From a virus, in IMG/VR virus record IMGVR_UViG_3300042691_039251, positions 25,679-89,678 of that record: 64,000 bases of DNA. One strand, 5' to 3'. The notes beneath the pieces are model-generated. The model had not been told where the DNA came from and did no database searches. It saw nothing but the letters and a program-made list of their open reading frames with translations. A program made the translations under genes and the position numbers. Positions 59,313-64,000 of the stretch are shown here, piece by piece (the stretch's first letter is position 1; each line of letters starts with the position of its first letter).

Positions 59313-59359
59313 AAAAATGAGATGCAAGAGAACGGAAAGCTCTTCTCATTTCTGGTTAT
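59313..59359 (+). repeat. 47-bp exact direct repeat copy 2
   Basis: Identical to 58787-58833. Confidence 0.9.
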
Positions 59360-59864
59360 ATCTTGTTTGTTCTTAATGTCTTTGACGCTAAAGACAGACA
59401 ACGTTCGTAAACAACAGGACACCTATACAGTGGACAGAGTGAAAAACTCTGTCCAAATAGGTCCACTAGCCGGAAATAGAAATTTGGCCTTCGGGGTCAA
59501 GAACATCGCAGAAGAAGTCCTGCAAGAAAAAGGCTTCGAATTGGTAGAAGAATCTGACGCCACTCATCACCTGTTCATCGAGATCGTTTATTTCGATATC
59601 GAACAGGTGAAATCTAACGTTGGCGTATTCCACAAAGACAAGAACAATACCCTCATCAGAATGAAGGGAACTCTCATCGTCAGCGGCAAGACTTTAAGAA
59701 CTGCCGTTGCTGAAGAAGTCTCTTCTGAAATTTCTACGTCTACTTTTATCGTCGATGAAGGCGGCGGCTTCAACCAACAAGCTGCTAGTAATGCTCTGAA
59801 AAAGACGTGCATCTCACTCGTAGAAAAACTCACAAATCCAGCCCCAACAAAAAACAAAAAATAA
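59322..59864 (+). CDS. putative secreted protein
   Basis: Hydrophobic N-terminus; alpha/beta pattern. Confidence 0.7.
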   Translation: MQENGKLFSFLVISCLFLMSLTLKTDNVRKQQDTYTVDRVKNSVQIGPLAGNRNLAFGVKNIAEEVLQEKGFELVEESDATHHLFIEIVYFDIEQVKSNVGVFHKDKNNTLIRMKGTLIVSGKTLRTAVAEEVSSEISTSTFIVDEGGGFNQQAASNALKKTCISLVEKLTNPAPTKNKK

Positions 59865-59866
59865 CA

Positions 59867-60214
59867 ATGAAAAAACTCACAAATTTCTTCGGAGGAAAAA
59901 GTGAATATGTTCCAGTAGAAGACAAGAACAGATTCTATTTCATGCTCCAACAAATGCAGTCTAACAGATGGAAGATCACCGCCATCGTGTTAGGTCTTTT
60001 CACCCTGATCATCGTAGGCATCAACGCAGGCGTTTTCTTAGGCGCATCTATCGGTGAAGATTGGAAAGAAATGCTCCTCATCCTCCTCGGTGCTTTCGTC
60101 GGTAACTTGAACAAGGTGGTCGACTATTGGTTCAATTCAGAGGACAGAGACAAGATGTTGATCCAAAAAGTTGACGAAGAAGACGGTGTCTCTCTTTCTA
60201 ACACAAACGAATAA
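59867..60214 (+). CDS. membrane protein
   Basis: Two TM helices, KEMLLILLGAFVG..NKVVDYWF. Confidence 0.75.
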   Translation: MKKLTNFFGGKSEYVPVEDKNRFYFMLQQMQSNRWKITAIVLGLFTLIIVGINAGVFLGASIGEDWKEMLLILLGAFVGNLNKVVDYWFNSEDRDKMLIQKVDEEDGVSLSNTNE

Positions 60215-60233
60215 AGAAAAATAAAATCACGTT

Positions 60234-60461
60234 ATGAAAAAATTTACAGAATTCTTTGATGAGAAGATATTCCCATCAATGCTTTACCTCAGCGGTTCTT
60301 TCATCATCTTCGCTTTCATCACTCAAGTCACTATGGCTGTCATGACTGCGGTAGTCCCAGAAGATAGAATGCTCAACATCTCAAATAAGATGTCTTGGAA
60401 GTTTGACGGTACTTTTAAGAATCATCCAGACAACATCTTTTACGAGGGAGAAATAAAGTAA
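60234..60461 (+). CDS. small membrane protein
   Basis: One long hydrophobic helix. Confidence 0.65.
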   Translation: MKKFTEFFDEKIFPSMLYLSGSFIIFAFITQVTMAVMTAVVPEDRMLNISNKMSWKFDGTFKNHPDNIFYEGEIK

Positions 60462-60465
60462 AGCA

Positions 60466-61185
60466 ATGAAAAGAATCGTAGGCATAGTAGCGCTGAGCTT
60501 GCTGAGTTTTGCAGCAAGCTCTCAAACCATCGGAACTACCAAAACCGAAGACTTCAAAGCTGACTTTGAAAAGAAGAAAGACATTTCGGCTTACCTCGAT
60601 TATGAAGGTCCACAGATCCCTATTCAAATCTTGAAAGCTGGGATATCTGAAGAAGTGTACGAAATGTACCCTGAGTTGAAAGAGAAGAGAGTAGGTCTCG
60701 GAGTTGCGAACATCTCTATGGAATACTTAGAGAACTTGAACCGTTTCAAGTTTACTGAAGACAAGACAGAGATCAAAAACAGAATGGTGAAGCAGTTTCA
60801 AGCGAGCCAGGCCGGCATCTCTGAGAATAAGTTGGACGGCCGCGGAAAGATCAACCTCGCAGAATACTTTGTGACCATTGAAGTCTACGACTATTCAATC
60901 TCTGAGGACGAGACTATCAACCTCAAAGACGGCGTCAAAGACAACTTGGTCACACGTCTCGGTCTTCAAGTACGTTTCACTAACGCTGAAACCGGAGTAG
61001 TTTTCGGAGCTTCAGGGTTAGGTGAAGCAAAGACTACCAGAGAACTCACTCTCTTGAGCGATGCAACTATAGATCCGATTAAGTTCAACCAATCTACTAT
61101 CAGCATCGCGACAAAAAAGGCTCTCGACATTGCTTGTGCCAACATTCTGGATAGAATGATCAAGAAAGGCATCTTTCAAAAATAA
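60466..61185 (+). CDS. CsgG/HfaB-like secreted protein
   Basis: Signal peptide; LENLNRF...QFQASQAG, AEYFVTIEVYDY, LQVRFTNAETGVVF..SGLGEA resembles the CsgG fold. Confidence 0.6.
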   Translation: MKRIVGIVALSLLSFAASSQTIGTTKTEDFKADFEKKKDISAYLDYEGPQIPIQILKAGISEEVYEMYPELKEKRVGLGVANISMEYLENLNRFKFTEDKTEIKNRMVKQFQASQAGISENKLDGRGKINLAEYFVTIEVYDYSISEDETINLKDGVKDNLVTRLGLQVRFTNAETGVVFGASGLGEAKTTRELTLLSDATIDPIKFNQSTISIATKKALDIACANILDRMIKKGIFQK

Positions 61186-61193
61186 AGAGAAAA

Positions 61194-61799
61194 ATGAATC
61201 TCAGAAGATGGGGATTGTTTGCTGTTTCTCTGCTTCTTCTTTTTGCTAGCTGCAAAGAGAAGAAAAAAGACGTCCCGATCTCGGTTCCGCAAGAAATGGT
61301 GCACGACACACTTGCAGTTCACGATACTATTCTCGTTGCTGAACCCTATCCCGTCCCTTACGAAACAGTAAGGGACAGCATAGTTTATAGAGACGTGGCA
61401 ATCAACGTGGATACGTTGGCAATACTCAAAATGTTCGATCAAAAGAATGTCTATAGAGACACTCTCAAATTTGAGTTCGGTTACTTGCTGGTCACTGACA
61501 CTATCAAAGGCGGCTCCATCGTATCGAGAAATTATCTAGCCAAAGTGAAGCCGCCGGCAGCAAAAGTCAGAATTGAGGAAGCTGAGCCGACTAACAAATA
61601 CTACATAGGAACTAATTTCGGCTTTGACAGACCGAACTATGTGTATTCGTTGGGGACTTCTTTCTTATATGAAACAAAAAATGACAAGATCTACCAAATT
61701 GGATTGGGTGTGAGAAACCGAGTGCTTGACGGAAACACCGGAGTCTTTGAACCTTTCATTCAAGGCGGAGTATATTGGAAACTAAAAAACAAAAAATGA
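61194..61799 (+). CDS. putative lipoprotein with C-terminal beta-strands
   Basis: LLLFASC lipobox; DT repeats; terminal GGVYWKL strand. Confidence 0.7.
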   Translation: MNLRRWGLFAVSLLLLFASCKEKKKDVPISVPQEMVHDTLAVHDTILVAEPYPVPYETVRDSIVYRDVAINVDTLAILKMFDQKNVYRDTLKFEFGYLLVTDTIKGGSIVSRNYLAKVKPPAAKVRIEEAEPTNKYYIGTNFGFDRPNYVYSLGTSFLYETKNDKIYQIGLGVRNRVLDGNTGVFEPFIQGGVYWKLKNKK

Positions 61800-63439
61800 A
61801 AAAACACATCGCGGCCACGTTAGGACTCGCATTGACAGCTTTTTCGAGCTTTGCTCAGCTCTCGATCAATCGATCGATAGTTCAGCAACCGCCTTACAAA
61901 GTAGGCGATACTCTCACCGTAAACTATACTGTGACGAGAGGAACTACCACACCTCGTTATTTCTGGCTTAGATACCAGCACAATAACCAAGCTCTGTCTC
62001 TGGTGAACAACAGCACCACTTTTACGCAAGGCAATCAGACTCAGACGTTTTTCACGAAATGGGACAACTATTCTTTCACGCCTTCTAACGCCGGATCTAA
62101 TCTCTATGCTCAATATACCAGCACTCCTTGGAACTATGTTGCAAATTCAAGCTGGAACGTAGGACAGTTGACTGTACAGAGAGTGGATGCTTCTATCGAT
62201 GGCACATTAGCCACTCAGAAATTTGTGCTAGGCGACGTTTCAGACTACTCAAACATCCACAAATTAGATCTTGCTTATTCAGTAGACGCTGCAGGTGCTT
62301 ACATCTCTCCTATCAATACCACCAGCGCTTCTTTGTCGATCGCCAACAATAATGTCAGTGGTAACACTGCCGGTCTTTCCATCAGAATCACATATCCATC
62401 TAACGATACTTCTATCACAAACCTGAAAGCTGTCGCTTACCCTGTAGTGAACGGAGCGCCTGTGACTTCTGGACAACCTCTAGAAACAAAAACATTTAAC
62501 GCTCAAGGTCTAGCAGTTTTCACAACTTTGAAAGTAGGAGACACTGTAGCAGTGTACGTAGTACCTACGATCAGTCAGACTTATTTGAATAATATAGTCA
62601 CCGTGACAGATGCCTACAAAGCATTCTTAGCAGTTTCTAACGTAGGTCTTAACGGAGGCTCTACATTTTTCACGTATCCAGTTCTGGAAAATAAGATTGG
62701 TAACGTTACCATCGGAGATACTACTTTCACGGTGGACGATTCTTACTATTCTTTCGCTTATGTGATGGGACAGAACGTCTCAGCCAACGCATCGATCCCG
62801 ACTTCGACTTCATCTTCCATTAAGATGCTTTCTTCGAAGAGATCAACATGGGCCAGTGGAATACAGAACAATATCGTAACGATTTCTTCAGTAACACAAA
62901 CTGAGAATTTTGCCTATGCTTACATAGGAGATCTCGATTGGTCTAACTCATCAGATCCTACGGTGACTTCAACTGCTACAAACAGTGCTAACGGTTCTGC
63001 GAACATGATCTCTAATTCAGCTTACACGATAAGAACTTTCTCGAACTCAACTGCATATTCATCAACGCCTAACAAGAATGCAACTCTGAGCGTATCCTCA
63101 TCAATTTCTAACGGTAAAGTGATATTGACGACATCTCTGACTCAAGCTGATTTAGCCGGTCTGCAGGTGATCATGCAATATGACGAAAATATGTTGACTC
63201 TCGATAACGTGGTATTTGATGCAGGAAACACGGTTACCAACTTCTCAACCCACAAAGACGGAAGATTAACTTTTGGTTCTATCGATCAGATTAAAACAGG
63301 TCGTATCAAAGTAGGAACTCCTTACAGATTAATCTTTACTCCAAAGACAGCGATCAACAATACTTCAGGTTTGTTTTATTTCATTCTATCTGATGCTGTA
63401 GACGCTAACGGCAACAAAGTCAATTTGATAATCGAATAA
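61796..63439 (+). CDS. secreted beta-rich protein with C-terminal cohesin-like domain
   Basis: Signal peptide ending AFSSFAQ; LAGLQVIMQYD...SDAVDANG. Confidence 0.7.
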   Translation: MKKHIAATLGLALTAFSSFAQLSINRSIVQQPPYKVGDTLTVNYTVTRGTTTPRYFWLRYQHNNQALSLVNNSTTFTQGNQTQTFFTKWDNYSFTPSNAGSNLYAQYTSTPWNYVANSSWNVGQLTVQRVDASIDGTLATQKFVLGDVSDYSNIHKLDLAYSVDAAGAYISPINTTSASLSIANNNVSGNTAGLSIRITYPSNDTSITNLKAVAYPVVNGAPVTSGQPLETKTFNAQGLAVFTTLKVGDTVAVYVVPTISQTYLNNIVTVTDAYKAFLAVSNVGLNGGSTFFTYPVLENKIGNVTIGDTTFTVDDSYYSFAYVMGQNVSANASIPTSTSSSIKMLSSKRSTWASGIQNNIVTISSVTQTENFAYAYIGDLDWSNSSDPTVTSTATNSANGSANMISNSAYTIRTFSNSTAYSSTPNKNATLSVSSSISNGKVILTTSLTQADLAGLQVIMQYDENMLTLDNVVFDAGNTVTNFSTHKDGRLTFGSIDQIKTGRIKVGTPYRLIFTPKTAINNTSGLFYFILSDAVDANGNKVNLIIE

Positions 63440-64000
63440 TGAGAATCTTTCTTGCGATATTATTTTCACTCATATCGTTCTTAGGATCTGGACAGACAAT
63501 AACTGCTCCAGATTCTAAGAGCTTTACCCTCAATACCTCTGGGCAGGACGCGAGCGGATTTAGTCTGAGCGGATTTAATTCAACTGCTGTTCTGCTATGT
63601 GCGATCGGTCTACCCGTTGCGCCTGCAGGAACTACTTTTTATATGACTCGTTTCGATGGATTAACACCAGCGAGCGGATTTAACTTTAGTGGCAATAAAA
63701 ATCGCCTGGTGTTTACGGGTACGATGGCAAATATCAACGCCGCTCTAGCAACACTAAAAATAAACACGACTGCTACATCAGGCAACATTCAAATATCAGT
63801 ATCAGCAACTGTAAACCCAGCAGGCTTTTTTTACAACCCGTCAAACGGTCACTTTTACAGACCAATATCGACGGGAGCGACTTATACAAATGCGAGAGCA
63901 GCTGCACTGAACACTACGTTTAAAGGACAGCCGGGATACTTAGTTACGATTACTTCTGCCGATGAAGATGCTTTCGTTTTCAGCAACGTTCCACAGGCCA
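63439..64000 (+). CDS. secreted C-type lectin domain protein (3'-truncated by window)
   Basis: Manual translation MRIFLAILFSLISFLGSGQ...NGHFY...TYTNARAAA...GYLVTITSADEDAFV. Confidence 0.75.
   Translation, partial: MRIFLAILFSLISFLGSGQTITAPDSKSFTLNTSGQDASGFSLSGFNSTAVLLCAIGLPVAPAGTTFYMTRFDGLTPASGFNFSGNKNRLVFTGTMANINAALATLKINTTATSGNIQISVSATVNPAGFFYNPSNGHFYRPISTGATYTNARAAALNTTFKGQPGYLVTITSADEDAFVFSNVPQA

Overview
This window is a 64-kb segment of a large dsDNA (jumbo-type) bacteriophage genome read in the standard genetic code. The host is probably Bacteroidota, inferred from TAnnTTT-type promoter boxes, A-rich leaders without Shine-Dalgarno sequences and a GH19 endolysin. Almost all genes are on the + strand. 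In order, the window contains: (1) a glycosylation cluster (2OG-Fe(II) hydroxylase, TagD-like cytidylyltransferase, about six GT-A-fold glycosyltransferases) interrupted by three tRNAs and followed by an antisense speD; (2) small early genes; (3) a 27-kb array of six paralogous tail-fibre genes, each with a 65-aa N-terminal anchor, a Gly-X-Y stalk mixing GPQ and GTS/GSS blocks, mosaic distal modules and a C-terminal S74 chaperone, and each behind a GATAGATA box (five also have a hairpin over a TTG start); (4) a non-coding array of three covarying structured RNA units upstream of an RNA ligase and a Ro60/TROVE gene, the best candidate for a novel system (putative phage Y-like RNA array with RNA repair); (5) nucleotide and RNA-repair genes (phosphoesterase, 5'-nucleotidase, PNK, Rnl1, thyA, cyclic-phosphate receiver domain), the endolysin and putative head-packaged proteins; (6) a cluster of secreted or membrane proteins including CsgG-like, cohesin-like and C-type-lectin proteins, preceded by a 47-bp hairpin direct repeat. 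All calls come from motif recognition by eye; no database search was run.
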